This document shows positions 38,118 through 48,807 of a stretch of 64,000 bases of DNA, one piece after another. The notes beneath the pieces were generated by a model. That model worked only from the letters and a program-made list of their open reading frames with translations, was not told the origin of the DNA and made no database searches. The translations under genes and the position numbers were made by a program. The stretch spans positions 192,001-256,000 of the forward strand of contig CAVRKK010000002.1 of NCBI GenBank assembly GCA_963722385.1. The letters are read 5' to 3'. How positions within the stretch are numbered: the stretch's first letter is position 1; each line of letters begins with the position of its first letter. This DNA is from an uncultured bacterium (GTDB taxonomy: Bacteria > Babelota > Babeliae > Babelales > Babelaceae).

Positions 38118-39575
38118 ATGAAGTATGTTTTATTATTATTTGGCTTAGCATGCTCCTTTCTTGGGGCACAAGAAACCTCGAGTACGCTATCGCGTATTAC
38201 TGGATTAATCAAGCAAGGGCAAACATTGCTTGACGCGCAGCAAGCCAAGAACATTACCATTGCAGCTGGACAAACACCAGCAAATCTCATTTATGATAAC
38301 CTTGATCTCGAGCTTACTGAGTACGAAAAAGAACCGAATCCTGACGCAGCACTTATTGGTCAAGCTGACCAGGTCTTGTTCAAGTTGTCAAATTACTTTG
38401 ACTTACGAACGCCCGCAAAAGAGCTAGCAGATCAGTTTAAAGACATTGTAAATACTCGTTCTGCTGAATGGGAAAGTAAAACAGGTGAGCATTTGACACC
38501 TGAAGATATTGCTGATCCAGCCAAAAAAGAAGAGGCTTTATCATATTTACAGTATATATTTTCAGGACTTGGCCATATTGATGTGAGTAAGATTTTTGTC
38601 ATGATGCCCTACGTTTTGAATGTGAGCTACGATAAAGCGCGTGAATATGCAAAGAAGGCTTTTTTGTCAGCTGGGTATGTAGAAGCGTCACTTCTCAATC
38701 AGCAGCGAGTTGCTCAGGCACTCAAGCAAACCGATTATAAGCATGATGTAATAGTTTTGGAAGATCCTAATCCAAATGTGCATTATGGTGCTATAACTTT
38801 GCAGACACCTCCATTTAAGTTCATTGTTTTGGCATCAAAATACTTTAACGACGTCAATTTTGATGAATTTGGGTTATACCACGAAATTGGACACCTTTAT
38901 TATAATCATCCTCTTTTAAAGATGATAGATTCTTATGCGGGAATTCTTACAGCTCTGTCTACAATTCCTTCTGTTGCTGGAAGTTTGCTCGGAGTAGTAT
39001 CGCTGAGCACCGTGGTTCATTTAGCACTGAGCTCTCTTATAATTACCGCTATTAAGGGCTTTTCAAAATCAGCTTATTCGCGCTCTTACGAGCGCGATGC
39101 GGATCTTTTTGCCTGTAACCAACTTATTAAGCAAGGACGCTTAGATTTAGTTTATAGTGAGCTTCACGGCATCCGTGGAAATCTCGAACATCATGAGTTA
39201 ACCTACCAAGTGAGGCCCTTCCTGACCGAAACTCACCCAAGTTACCCCGCAAGGCAGCTCTATCTGAGGGAATGCTTAAAAATGCATGGTTTAGCGCAGC
39301 CTAATTTACCATTACCTCAATTCTATTATGATTGGAAAGAGATGAAACAAGATGAATGGGAAGTGGCAGGCAAGACAAGTGCAGCGCAGCAAATTCGCGA
39401 TTTAATTTCTAATATTAAGAGATGGTATCAGCAACTTAAAAGTACCCCACACGATATACATTATAGATTACTCATGTTTAATGGTTATAATTTGTTGCGG
39501 GAGTTAATGCACCTTGAACCAGCCACTTCGCCGGCTAAAATTAATGAGCAATGGCTTGAAGAGATAATACAATAA
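38118..39575 (+). CDS. Exported M48-like zinc metalloprotease
   Basis: HEIGH, ERDADLFA, THPS..R. Confidence 0.85.
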   Translation: MKYVLLLFGLACSFLGAQETSSTLSRITGLIKQGQTLLDAQQAKNITIAAGQTPANLIYDNLDLELTEYEKEPNPDAALIGQADQVLFKLSNYFDLRTPAKELADQFKDIVNTRSAEWESKTGEHLTPEDIADPAKKEEALSYLQYIFSGLGHIDVSKIFVMMPYVLNVSYDKAREYAKKAFLSAGYVEASLLNQQRVAQALKQTDYKHDVIVLEDPNPNVHYGAITLQTPPFKFIVLASKYFNDVNFDEFGLYHEIGHLYYNHPLLKMIDSYAGILTALSTIPSVAGSLLGVVSLSTVVHLALSSLIITAIKGFSKSAYSRSYERDADLFACNQLIKQGRLDLVYSELHGIRGNLEHHELTYQVRPFLTETHPSYPARQLYLRECLKMHGLAQPNLPLPQFYYDWKEMKQDEWEVAGKTSAAQQIRDLISNIKRWYQQLKSTPHDIHYRLLMFNGYNLLRELMHLEPATSPAKINEQWLEEIIQ

Positions 39576-39840
39576 GGGTTACTACTGGGAGACATGCCAA
39601 TTATTCTTTGGTATTATTTCAGGAAATTTTTTATGGATATTTCTCCTACGGTTACTCCCAGGGCAGATTTTTCAGGCACTCATTCTATAGCGTAATGCAT
39701 TAGGCCACGCTCACTATGCCGAGCATTTTGATCTCAGCACAAAGCTATAATGCCATATTCGTGCATCACTTAAAGAATCTCGCTATAACATTCTTTGTGC
39801 TTAATGCGAGTGGCATCTTAAGCTGCTTTTACATAATCTT

Positions 39841-39884
39841 AATCCCGTAAAATAGTACGCTACGCGCACTTATTTTACGGGATT
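39841..39884. repeat. Long hairpin with a CGCTACGC loop
   Basis: AATCCCGTAAAATA...TATTTTACGGGATT, a 14-bp perfect stem. Confidence 0.55.
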
Positions 39885-40117
39885 TCCTAATAAACCTTTG
39901 TCAATTTTTGACTTATTTTGCAATTTGATTACAATAATTTTGTTATCCTTTGCAATATTATCTTACAAGATGCAAGCGTACACATCCGCGCGATGGGCAA
40001 GGTCATATGCTCTTACATCGAGCAAAGAGGCCCGATATTCATTTATTTAAATGAGAATACCTGTTAAACACTTATTTACTTAAGCAAGCAACTTATTTTA
40101 ACCGAAAGCTATACTCC

Positions 40118-40909
40118 ATGAAAATTAAAAGCTTGTTTGTTCTTTTAGCAGGCTTATCAATAAGCTGCAGCTTTATACAAAGCACCGAGGTCGATGACAC
40201 TCCTCAATTAAACAACTCTCGCAAATCAGACGCTGTTACACTTATTGCTGCATTTCTTGCCGGTTTAGGCAAAGTAGGAATCAACATGCCCTTGCAGGCC
40301 CTTGAAAATGCATACGAACAGCTTGCTGAGGTGCTGGGGGTAAGCAAAGATGGAGATTTTGGAGATTACGAAAAATTTACGGAATGGGCTGAAAAATTTA
40401 CGGAATGGGCTTTAGCAGATAAAAGAGAGAGAAAAGGTTTCAGTCAATATTCACCAAAAAGCACGCTTGCTTTTATGGTAGCCAACCTATTAAGCAATCT
40501 CTTGATGTGGGCCTATTTAGTAGATAGGTTGGAAAAAATAATGCCTGGTCATGCTCTCTTGCCTCTTGCAGTCGCATTTTTTTTAGGAGTAGTCTTAGTC
40601 AAAGGGTGTTATTATCTAGACTTGATGTGTAATCCAAGACCATATGCAATCAATGGCTCATTAATAAAAATGGCAATAGCTGGTTTTCTTAAAGGACTGA
40701 TTGAGCCTCTCAAGATTGGCTACTTAAGCGATCATATTGATAGCTTTTTGGGAACAAGCAAAGAGGACTGGTTGGGCCAAGAACAATTAGCGAGTCAATC
40801 TTTGAGTGTTACCACTGCTTTTGGAGCAGGTAAAGTTTTGGCTGTTGTTGGTTGGGCTCGCGTCATTAGTCGCGCCTTGCAACCTATGGTCGCTGCCAGA
40901 ATTCCTTAA
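40118..40909 (+). CDS. Hypothetical membrane protein
   Basis: Signal peptide; hydrophobic segments; EKFTEWA duplicated. Confidence 0.8.
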   Translation: MKIKSLFVLLAGLSISCSFIQSTEVDDTPQLNNSRKSDAVTLIAAFLAGLGKVGINMPLQALENAYEQLAEVLGVSKDGDFGDYEKFTEWAEKFTEWALADKRERKGFSQYSPKSTLAFMVANLLSNLLMWAYLVDRLEKIMPGHALLPLAVAFFLGVVLVKGCYYLDLMCNPRPYAINGSLIKMAIAGFLKGLIEPLKIGYLSDHIDSFLGTSKEDWLGQEQLASQSLSVTTAFGAGKVLAVVGWARVISRALQPMVAARIP

Positions 40910-41787
40910 GCATCAGTAATCACCGATTCGCGCCGCACATTTTTTATTTCAAGTTTCTGCCCATCAAAGGTCAGCCCTAAACATAGGTCGACTCGCAGTA
41001 GGTGTGTGAAGATTTCGGGCTTTTTGCTATATACGATAAGATGGCCGAAGTGGTCAGCCTGTTCTGCTGCAAACGCTCCTGTCATTATGCCACCAGACGG
41101 CTCAACAACAAATTTTTGGGAAGCTATTTCTGTAAAATCGGTGCTATTTATCACGTTGATAAAACCGCCAATCTCGTGCTCTGATCTGTTATCTAACGTT
41201 ATACAATATTGCTGATGGGGTTGCATGCCAGAATAGGCACTTTCAGAAATTCCAAGCGCCTCACTCAATCGCTTGAGCGTATTAAAAGCGTCTTCCTCAC
41301 CCTTCATGACAAAGGAATTTGTATCGATTTGTGATTTAAATAGTCGCAAAATGACCATTATCATCGTACCGGCTTGGAGCATTTTAAGAACGCGAGCAAC
41401 CGATTCAATGGTTGATGTCCCGTAACCACACTTCAGGAATAGAAGAGAAAAATGTGTTAACAGAAGCGATGCTAATCCGCTTGATATGTTGATACCTGAA
41501 TAAAAACCAACTACCGCCGCATGATCGCCTTCCTGAAAAGCTCTTTCATAATCAGGCTCTAAAGCAGTTGGCCAATTAATGCTGTTGAAAGAGCATAGAG
41601 CAACTCCTAAGTCAGCACCATGGCCCACACCACGCAAAAACAGAGGAATATCGTCAATATTGCTCAAGGTGACCATGACAAAACCTATAACCGGAGCCAC
41701 GAAAAGATCCAGCTTATTAGACCACGTGCTTTTTGAAATAGTTGATAAGCTTAGGCATAGTGCTAAAAATATTATCCGAAATCTCAT
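40906..41787 (-). CDS. Hypothetical membrane protein
   Basis: Signal peptide and TM-like segments; 293 aa. Confidence 0.75.
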   Translation of the reverse strand: MRFRIIFLALCLSLSTISKSTWSNKLDLFVAPVIGFVMVTLSNIDDIPLFLRGVGHGADLGVALCSFNSINWPTALEPDYERAFQEGDHAAVVGFYSGINISSGLASLLLTHFSLLFLKCGYGTSTIESVARVLKMLQAGTMIMVILRLFKSQIDTNSFVMKGEEDAFNTLKRLSEALGISESAYSGMQPHQQYCITLDNRSEHEIGGFINVINSTDFTEIASQKFVVEPSGGIMTGAFAAEQADHFGHLIVYSKKPEIFTHLLRVDLCLGLTFDGQKLEIKNVRRESVITDA

Positions 41788-41891
41788 TATAAACCTTTAC
41801 TATTCAATAATATTTTATATTATTAGCATATTCTAATAAGTAATAAAATCAATAAATTTTTACAATAGAAAGCCTGATAAAACCCCCACAC

Positions 41892-42063
41892 TTCTCCGTC
41901 AGGAGAATTGCGGTAGCGATAAGCATGCGTGGCGCATGCTTATCGCATTCAGACCTACCAAAAAATGAGTCAATAGAGTAAAAAGATAAATAGACAGGTG
42001 CAGGAGCACGCTCCTGCTGCTCGCCGCATAGGCGCGCCCGCTGCGTAGGCGATATTCTATTCA
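41892..42063 (+). repeat. Multi-hairpin element, partial copy (3' half)
   Basis: TTCTCC-GTCA-GGAGAA, GCGATAAGCATGCG-TGG-CGCATGCTTATCGC, GCAGGAGC-AC-GCTCCTGC, CGCCGCATAGGCG. Confidence 0.85.
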
Positions 42064-42215
42064 TGCTGTAGAGCTCGATCGCGAATACGTGGGAAAGCAA
42101 TGCAATTATGTACTGGCCTTTACCGATAAAATTCTGCTAATCTAGAACAAGACTTAGTGATTAGCATAAGGTGCAGCATCCTCACAAATTTGAGCCAACA
42201 GATTGCGGTAAAGCG

Positions 42216-44996
42216 CTACGCTTGATCCGTAATTAGATCAAGAGAATGGCATTTGGTATCAAACGTACCGGGTACTAAGGTGCACTGATCGGAGGGACCG
42301 ACGCGGCCGACAAGGACCGTACTCATTTTATCGATAGCAAAGACCTTTTTGACAGCTTGCTTGACATCATCCACAGAAATATTCTGAAAGGCCTGCATAC
42401 GCGTATTATAATAATCGAAGGGCAGCTTGTGATAAGCAAGAAACTCAAAAATCCTCACGATATTGTCCGTGGTAGCATAATATTGGTGCACTGCTTCAGC
42501 AATATTAGCGCGTGCCATTTCAAGGTCTTGTTCAGTTAATGTATCAATATCATGTACAATAAAGTCCCGTAACAATTGATAAGTCTCATCCAGGCGGTCA
42601 TTTGAGACAATAGTGGAGACATAGGAGTATCCAGGCTGTAGGCTAGACCATGCAAGCAGCGAGCCGCGCACTGTATAAAAAGCACCTGTCTGCTGACGCA
42701 ACTTAAAAAGCCGGTCATATAAAAGCTGTTCATAGAGCAAAAGAGCGCCATGATCAGGATGACTATAGGGAACTGAAAGACCCGCAATAGTAAGCGATAC
42801 CTGATCGCGATTCAGATAATGGGAGACCGTTTGTGGTCCCTCATATTGGACATCCGGGTAAGTCATGTCAGATGTGCAACCACCAGTCCATGTACCAAAG
42901 GTGCCTTCCAGAAGGCCTTTTAGATTTAAGTAGGAGCCAAGGTCGCCCACCAAAATAAGCGTAGCATCGCAGGGGGAAATGTTTGTGGTATAAATCTGCT
43001 TAATATCCTCGTTGGTGATAGCGTTGATTGCTGCTGGCTCAGCAACATGATCAACAGCATTGGGATGATTCCTAAAAACAAGCTGTTGACGTATCAGGCC
43101 CATAATTGCTCGGGGATCGTCCCACAGATTTTTGTAACTGGCAAGCATCCAGGCTTTTACTTTAGAAAGCATTGCTGGGTCAAAGGCTGGCTGAGCAATG
43201 AGTTCGCCAAGCAGAGCGAGCATTTGTGGTAGGTCTTTGCTTATACATGAAGCGGTCAAACCACTGGCATTTACGCTAAAAGTTATGCCTAATCGTTTAA
43301 GTTCTTGGAACAGCTCATACGCTGTATGCTTCTGGGTTCCTCCTTCTTGGAGCATATATCCCAAGCATTCAAAAAGTCCTGGCTTGTCTTTGGGTTCATA
43401 GTCAGGCAAGCCAGCTTTAATATTAAGGTTAAGCTTAACAAGCGGGACCTGGTCAGTAATGTGATACAATACCCGAATGCCATTGCCTAACCATATTTCC
43501 TGTGGCTGCGGATAGTTTTGCACCGTAATAGCTGGCTTATCAAGTGTCTTGACGTAGCGGCCTTCTTCTACAGCGAGCGTGCGTATTTTGCCGGCCAAGA
43601 TGCGTGCGTCTTCTTCGTCAGACCGTTCCTGAAGCATCTGCCAGGTGTCAAACTCTTCTGCGGGCAGGGGCAAAATAAAGCCCTTGTGCATTTGCGCTGA
43701 CCGAAAATGCGCAGACGTAAATGCTTTAACTTTTTCGCTCAACGCTTCGGGGGCTTCGTAGATAACCTCATGCATTATTTTATAGAAATAGTTTTCATCA
43801 CCAATCGCGATATAAAGGTCACCTATAGTGTTTGCTTGCTGTGAGTTGCTTTCTAGTATGGTAAAAAAGTTTGCTTTTAATTGAGCAATTGCGGCATCGA
43901 TTTCATCCGCTGAAGGCCCATGTTGTGCAAAGTCTCTGAGCTCTTCCTGCACCACGTTAATTATCTGATCAGCGGCGACAAGGTCTCGTGGTTCAACCAT
44001 TAAGGTATACATGTCCGTATCGTCAAGATCAAGATTGAAGCCTTCGAGAGAATCGACGAGCTGCAATTCATCAACAAGTTTTTTATAAAGGCGTGACGTT
44101 TTTCCGCGTGCTAGAATAATATCGATAAGCGTAAGTAAGTGAAGTTGCTTTTGTTTTTTTCCCGGAACTGCAAAAGCGAGTGCCATTTTTGGCTGTTGAA
44201 CATCGCGATAAATAGTTACTGCTTGTGCACGTAAATCAGCGTTTAGGTAAAACTCGCTTTTTTGATAGCTCGGATCAGCTGGCAGGTGGCCAAAATTTAA
44301 TTGAGCAAGCTCCACAACTTCCCGTGGGTCAACATTACCCACCACAACCAATATCGCATTATTGGGAACATAATGCTTTTTATAAAATTTTTTTAATGTA
44401 TCAGCGCTCACGTTATAGAGATCATGCTTATACCCAATAATAGGGTAGTGATAGGGGTGTTCTGGATTAATGGCGGTGAGCATATCGAGAACAAGAGTGT
44501 GCGCGTAATTATCACGGTATATCTTGAGCTCTTGAATAACTGCTTTAAGCTCTGAGTTAAGCATTTCCTGCCTAAACGTACAGTTGCTCATGCAATCGGC
44601 AAGGATAGGGAGAGCAATCTTCCAGGATTCGGTGGGAAAGTCAAATACCATAGCCGTATGGTCATAACTGGTAAAGGCATTCCAGTTTGCCGAGAATTTT
44701 TGGCCTATGAGGTCGATGTCGGTTTCGGAGAGTCGGTCTGTGCCCTTAAAAAGCATGTGCTCGATCAAATGAGCAATTCCTTTTTCTTGTAAGCCCTCAT
44801 GCTTGGAGCCAACGCCGTAGAAAAGGCGCAGTGATACCTTTTGAGTCGTATTAATTGGTCGTACAAGCACGGTTAGGCCGTTAGTAAGCACGTGTTTTGA
44901 TACTGCAACATTCTCAAATTCGATTTTGGTAGAATCTTGTGCGATTACAAGCGAGCAGAAAAGACCTAAAAGAAAAATAAGCGTATTTATAAGCAT
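42216..44996 (-). CDS. M16 (pitrilysin/PqqL-like) zinc protease
   Basis: LTNGLTV, GIAHLIEHMLFKGT (HxxEH), NAFT, HPYHYPIIG, YVPNNA; duplicated architecture. Confidence 0.95.
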   Translation of the reverse strand: MLINTLIFLLGLFCSLVIAQDSTKIEFENVAVSKHVLTNGLTVLVRPINTTQKVSLRLFYGVGSKHEGLQEKGIAHLIEHMLFKGTDRLSETDIDLIGQKFSANWNAFTSYDHTAMVFDFPTESWKIALPILADCMSNCTFRQEMLNSELKAVIQELKIYRDNYAHTLVLDMLTAINPEHPYHYPIIGYKHDLYNVSADTLKKFYKKHYVPNNAILVVVGNVDPREVVELAQLNFGHLPADPSYQKSEFYLNADLRAQAVTIYRDVQQPKMALAFAVPGKKQKQLHLLTLIDIILARGKTSRLYKKLVDELQLVDSLEGFNLDLDDTDMYTLMVEPRDLVAADQIINVVQEELRDFAQHGPSADEIDAAIAQLKANFFTILESNSQQANTIGDLYIAIGDENYFYKIMHEVIYEAPEALSEKVKAFTSAHFRSAQMHKGFILPLPAEEFDTWQMLQERSDEEDARILAGKIRTLAVEEGRYVKTLDKPAITVQNYPQPQEIWLGNGIRVLYHITDQVPLVKLNLNIKAGLPDYEPKDKPGLFECLGYMLQEGGTQKHTAYELFQELKRLGITFSVNASGLTASCISKDLPQMLALLGELIAQPAFDPAMLSKVKAWMLASYKNLWDDPRAIMGLIRQQLVFRNHPNAVDHVAEPAAINAITNEDIKQIYTTNISPCDATLILVGDLGSYLNLKGLLEGTFGTWTGGCTSDMTYPDVQYEGPQTVSHYLNRDQVSLTIAGLSVPYSHPDHGALLLYEQLLYDRLFKLRQQTGAFYTVRGSLLAWSSLQPGYSYVSTIVSNDRLDETYQLLRDFIVHDIDTLTEQDLEMARANIAEAVHQYYATTDNIVRIFEFLAYHKLPFDYYNTRMQAFQNISVDDVKQAVKKVFAIDKMSTVLVGRVGPSDQCTLVPGTFDTKCHSLDLITDQA

Positions 44997-45100
44997 GCGT
45001 ATCTTTCGAGCAATAATATTGTTAATGCCCTGTTAGTATATCAGTGTGTTTGTAAAGTACAATAATCAAATGAATTTTGAATCAAATCGCTTGTCAGAAA

Positions 45101-45479
45101 GAATGCGCCTCCGCGGCGCCAGCGGCAAGCGGGGTTCTCGCAAACCCCCTTGCAACCCGTGCGCCATGTTCCCTGGACCCTAATCCAAGCGGCCCCACTC
45201 ATGCATCTTGCATCCTGAAAGGATGCGCCGAGCTATTACGAGGGGCCTCATCAGATTTTCATTTATTAAAGATTTTGGTAAAAAGAATGATGCAAAACAA
45301 AAAATCCATTCTCCGTTAGGAGAATTGCGTTTGCCGTAATCATGCGCCCCGCATGGTTATGGCACTAGACGAGATAAAAGATATAGCAGGTAGAGTGCAA
45401 ACATCAGAATCCATGGGTGCAGGGCCGCCGCACTGCCGCTCGACGCGGAGTCGCCCCAGCCGGGCAGGCGATATTCTTC
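45101..45479 (+). repeat. Multi-hairpin intergenic element, copy 2
   Basis: Colinear with 22935-23346. Confidence 0.9.
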
Positions 45480-45556
45480 GTTATAAGCGATTAGACTGTT
45501 GAACTCCATAAAACAATATGGCATGCTAGAGCAGCTAACTAATCAAGGACACAAAA

Positions 45557-45961
45557 ATGGGCTTTGTAACACTTGCTCGCGATAGGGCAACAGGCAACTA
45601 CCTTATTGTTGATAACGATGATGAAAAATTATACGTTGTTGCAGAGCTATTACTAAATAGCGCAGCGCGCAAAGCCGTAAAAAGCCTCATTGACATTGAC
45701 GACCCTGACCAGGACAAGGCACAGTCTGGCAACTTTAAGTTTATTAAACAGCATGAGCAACATATCGATATCAAGCTTTACGATCCCCAAAGGCCCCGCG
45801 ACGCTGCTAACCCTCTTGAAATTATAATAGCTCTTTCCCTTCTTGATGACCTCATCGATGCATGGGAAATGTATATGCTTGAGCCGCCTGAAAAATTGGT
45901 CCTTTCACGAAGACGCGACTCTGATATAATTCAGCTTGGCCCTGAGCCTATTCTTACGTAA
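45557..45961 (+). CDS. Hypothetical protein
   Basis: RBS AAGGA; 134-aa acidic ORF. Confidence 0.7.
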   Translation: MGFVTLARDRATGNYLIVDNDDEKLYVVAELLLNSAARKAVKSLIDIDDPDQDKAQSGNFKFIKQHEQHIDIKLYDPQRPRDAANPLEIIIALSLLDDLIDAWEMYMLEPPEKLVLSRRRDSDIIQLGPEPILT

Positions 45962-46047
45962 CAAAGCCGGTTAATATCGCATACGGACGATAAAAAAGTT
46001 GATATACTATGATCGGCATTTTACTTTTTCATAACCGGAGTGTTCTT

Positions 46048-46995
46048 ATGGAACTGGCAGGCATCGTGCGCTCAATAATTAAGCAAACATTGATTCTAGC
46101 AATCATAAGCATAACAGCGAGCAATATTAAGGGACATGCCATCTCAACATCGATTGGCCAATATGAGCCTGGTCTTGCTTTTGCTGCTGGCATGGTGGCG
46201 CGCGGCGTAACAACCGCTATAGGATTTCATCTCGCTGGCAAAGTGTTTGATCAACAGCGCGTACTTCGCGGCATAAACATGACCGAACCCTATAAAAAGT
46301 ATTTTGTCGAAGATCTTTTTGAGACACTTACCGGTCTTGACCTTGCTATTGTTGCCTGGACAACAGCACACCTTACCTTCAAGCCGGTAGCTAACGTGGC
46401 ATCACTAGCCAAAACAGTATCGCCATCTGACCTGGTACGAAGCAAAACTTTTGACCTTGGTTACTTAAACGGCATGGATACCTGGTATACCTACACAACA
46501 CTGCTGTCGCTCTATGCCATGCTTAAGAAATACTCTAGTAGACCGACTTTAGCAGATTATAAAGCTTTAATAGAACAAACAAAAGATACCGCCAACTCAT
46601 CCGCCTTAATAGCTTCTCTTCCCGATGAAGAATTATGGCAAGGCTTCCAGCAACGGGAAACTCTCGCTTCCTTTTCCACCGGACTTTTAACAAGCTACCT
46701 TAACTTCATGTTCGCTGAATACGTAGCCAGCAAGGCATGCGGTAAAGAATGGTATAATGAGGGCTTTAAAACAAAAGTATCCGCCGTATTGATAATTTTT
46801 AATATAGGAATCACCCTGAACGCGCTCACCAAAGCTATTTATTTTGGGCTACGTGACGAAACGCTCTCTGCCTGTCATGCATGCGATGAGTCATTCAAGG
46901 GTGGCGACGATTTGGCCTATGTGTTAAGCGGCGTTATCCCAGGATGGATGGCATTCTATAAAAATTTAATGTCACCCAAAGTCAAAACTGCGTAA
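46048..46995 (+). CDS. Hypothetical multi-pass membrane protein
   Basis: RBS GGAG before ATG 46048; signal peptide; TM-like segments; ends KVKTA. Confidence 0.75.
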   Translation: MELAGIVRSIIKQTLILAIISITASNIKGHAISTSIGQYEPGLAFAAGMVARGVTTAIGFHLAGKVFDQQRVLRGINMTEPYKKYFVEDLFETLTGLDLAIVAWTTAHLTFKPVANVASLAKTVSPSDLVRSKTFDLGYLNGMDTWYTYTTLLSLYAMLKKYSSRPTLADYKALIEQTKDTANSSALIASLPDEELWQGFQQRETLASFSTGLLTSYLNFMFAEYVASKACGKEWYNEGFKTKVSAVLIIFNIGITLNALTKAIYFGLRDETLSACHACDESFKGGDDLAYVLSGVIPGWMAFYKNLMSPKVKTA

Positions 46996-47017
46996 TTATT
47001 TTTTTCATTCACGTTAT

Positions 47018-47049
47018 TATACGGCGCTTTCCAAAAAAAGCGCCGTATA
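47018..47049 (+). terminator. Terminator-like hairpin
   Basis: TATACGGCGCTTT-CCAAAA-AAAGCGCCGTATA. Confidence 0.55.
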
Positions 47050-47120
47050 TATTCATGATTGACAGTCTTTCGCGAAGATACTATAGTTTGGTGAAGTTAA
47101 TTTTACTACTGGGGGCTGTT

Positions 47121-48101
47121 ATGAAAAGATGGCTAATACTCTGCTATTTTATAGCATCGGCATCCATAAGCAATGCTATGGAAATAAAAGATGTGTTTCA
47201 AGAATCGCACTACTTGAGTAAGGGTTCTAACCAAGCAAGTCCCGAAATAACGCAACGTGTGCACAACATACTCAAGGAAGCTGGTTTTGAAATTGATGTT
47301 AACGTTGTTCACGACCCGAGCATACCATGTGGCCAGGCATACCTTGCCGGCTACCTGCCGCCTTATTCTTTAGTAATCGGCGGCAACACGCCTGAATGTC
47401 TTGAGGAGACAAGATTCCCTATCTATGTTCACGCGGAATACGCCCTCAATAACTATCCATTGGTCAAGCCCGCCGTACAATCAGGTTCTCTTGGTGTAGG
47501 ACTATCGATCCTTTTCTCAAAACTTTTTTCCCTCAAAAATCCTCTTTCTGTCCCTCGTGGCCCCTGGATTTTGGTACCCTTGCTTTCCGTAACTTCTTTG
47601 CTTATTGGTGAAAAAGTTGATGATAAAGTGCAAGAACGTGTCGAACTGAGCATCGCAAAAAAGCTTCTCGAGCAAAACAAGCTGCCAATTGTGCTTCGTG
47701 AAATTTTAAGAAGCCAAGAAGAGAAATCCTATCATAATGCTAAAACCAGGTACCTGCGCGACTATAATTTAAAAAATTTCCTCATCGAGGAAGGGATCAA
47801 TTTTGAGGAAGAGCTCTATTCTCTCTGGAAAGCACGAAAAAGAGCAGCATGGGAACAAAATAACGTAACGGCGCTGGAACAGGTAGCGATGCTCGTTGAT
47901 GAAATAAAAACGCTGAGCTACCCTTTTGAGACCGATTACGATGACCAAATGCGCGTCGATTACCAAGAGCGCTACGAACAGCAAATATTATTTGCTTATA
48001 ATTTTTTGTGCGAAATGACTGGCATGAAGCCTGCTGTTTCGTTTAAAGAAATCACCAAGCTGTTTGAACTTGGTTTTAAGATACCTGAACCAGCCGCGTA
48101 A
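47121..48101 (+). CDS. Exported protein, degenerate paralog of the M48 protein at 38118
   Basis: Shares the C-terminal domain; lacks HExxH. Confidence 0.7.
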   Translation: MKRWLILCYFIASASISNAMEIKDVFQESHYLSKGSNQASPEITQRVHNILKEAGFEIDVNVVHDPSIPCGQAYLAGYLPPYSLVIGGNTPECLEETRFPIYVHAEYALNNYPLVKPAVQSGSLGVGLSILFSKLFSLKNPLSVPRGPWILVPLLSVTSLLIGEKVDDKVQERVELSIAKKLLEQNKLPIVLREILRSQEEKSYHNAKTRYLRDYNLKNFLIEEGINFEEELYSLWKARKRAAWEQNNVTALEQVAMLVDEIKTLSYPFETDYDDQMRVDYQERYEQQILFAYNFLCEMTGMKPAVSFKEITKLFELGFKIPEPAA

Positions 48102-48138
48102 GATCCTCATATTTATGTTTATGCAATAGTTGGCAGCA

Positions 48139-48316
48139 TTGACACTCCCCCATGGATAAAATAGTGCCGAGCACCATCCAGGGGACTCTTGCTTCATCGA
48201 GCAGCCAGCGCCGTCTCTCCACAAGCCTTAAGGACGGATCCTCCGTCGCTAAAGCTATGGCGGACAGGCTGTCCGAGCGTGGGTGACGAAGCCTTGGCGA
48301 AGTCTCCCCGCCCTGA
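48139..48316 (-). ncRNA. IS605 right end/TnpB omega-RNA with an inserted palindromic repeat
   Basis: AGGGCGG...CCGTCCTTAAGGCTTGTGGAG...CTCGATGAAGCAAGAGTCCCC...GGGGGAGTGTCAA. Confidence 0.7.
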
Positions 48317-48725
48317 TATTTATACTCGCATTCAAATCTCTGTCCATTACCATGCCACATGATTGGCAAGTATAGGTTCGAATACTGAGCGGCATTTCTT
48401 GTCTACTTTTGCATGTAGAGCAAAGCTTACTTGTTGGCTCAAACCTATCTATTATGACAAGATGTTTGCCATACCAATCACATTTGTATTGAAGATAGAG
48501 CTTAAATGTATACCAGCCAACATCCACTATCGCTCGTGCCAGTTTTCTATTTCTTATCATGCCGCTTACTGACAGGTTTTCTATTGCAACAACATCGTGG
48601 TTTTTGATTATTGCTGTTGTCAGTTTATGTAAAAAGTCTTTTCTTTGGTTTCGTACATAAAGATATTTTAGCATCATTTTATTTGACGCATAGGCCATCT
48701 TGCTGGTTTTTTTGTCCAAAACCAC
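48255..48725 (-). pseudogene. tnpB: N-terminally truncated TnpB
   Basis: RNQRKDFLHKLT, RuvC-II IENL, PTSKLCSTC...CQSC zinc ribbon, RuvC-III DRDLNASINI; RuvC-I and N-terminal domains are absent. Confidence 0.88.
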
Positions 48726-48807
48726 GAATACATCCGCTCTCTTAAGGCTTAAGCATTTGATTTTATTATAAGATACTTTATGATAATATTATTATAAATA
48801 GCAATAA

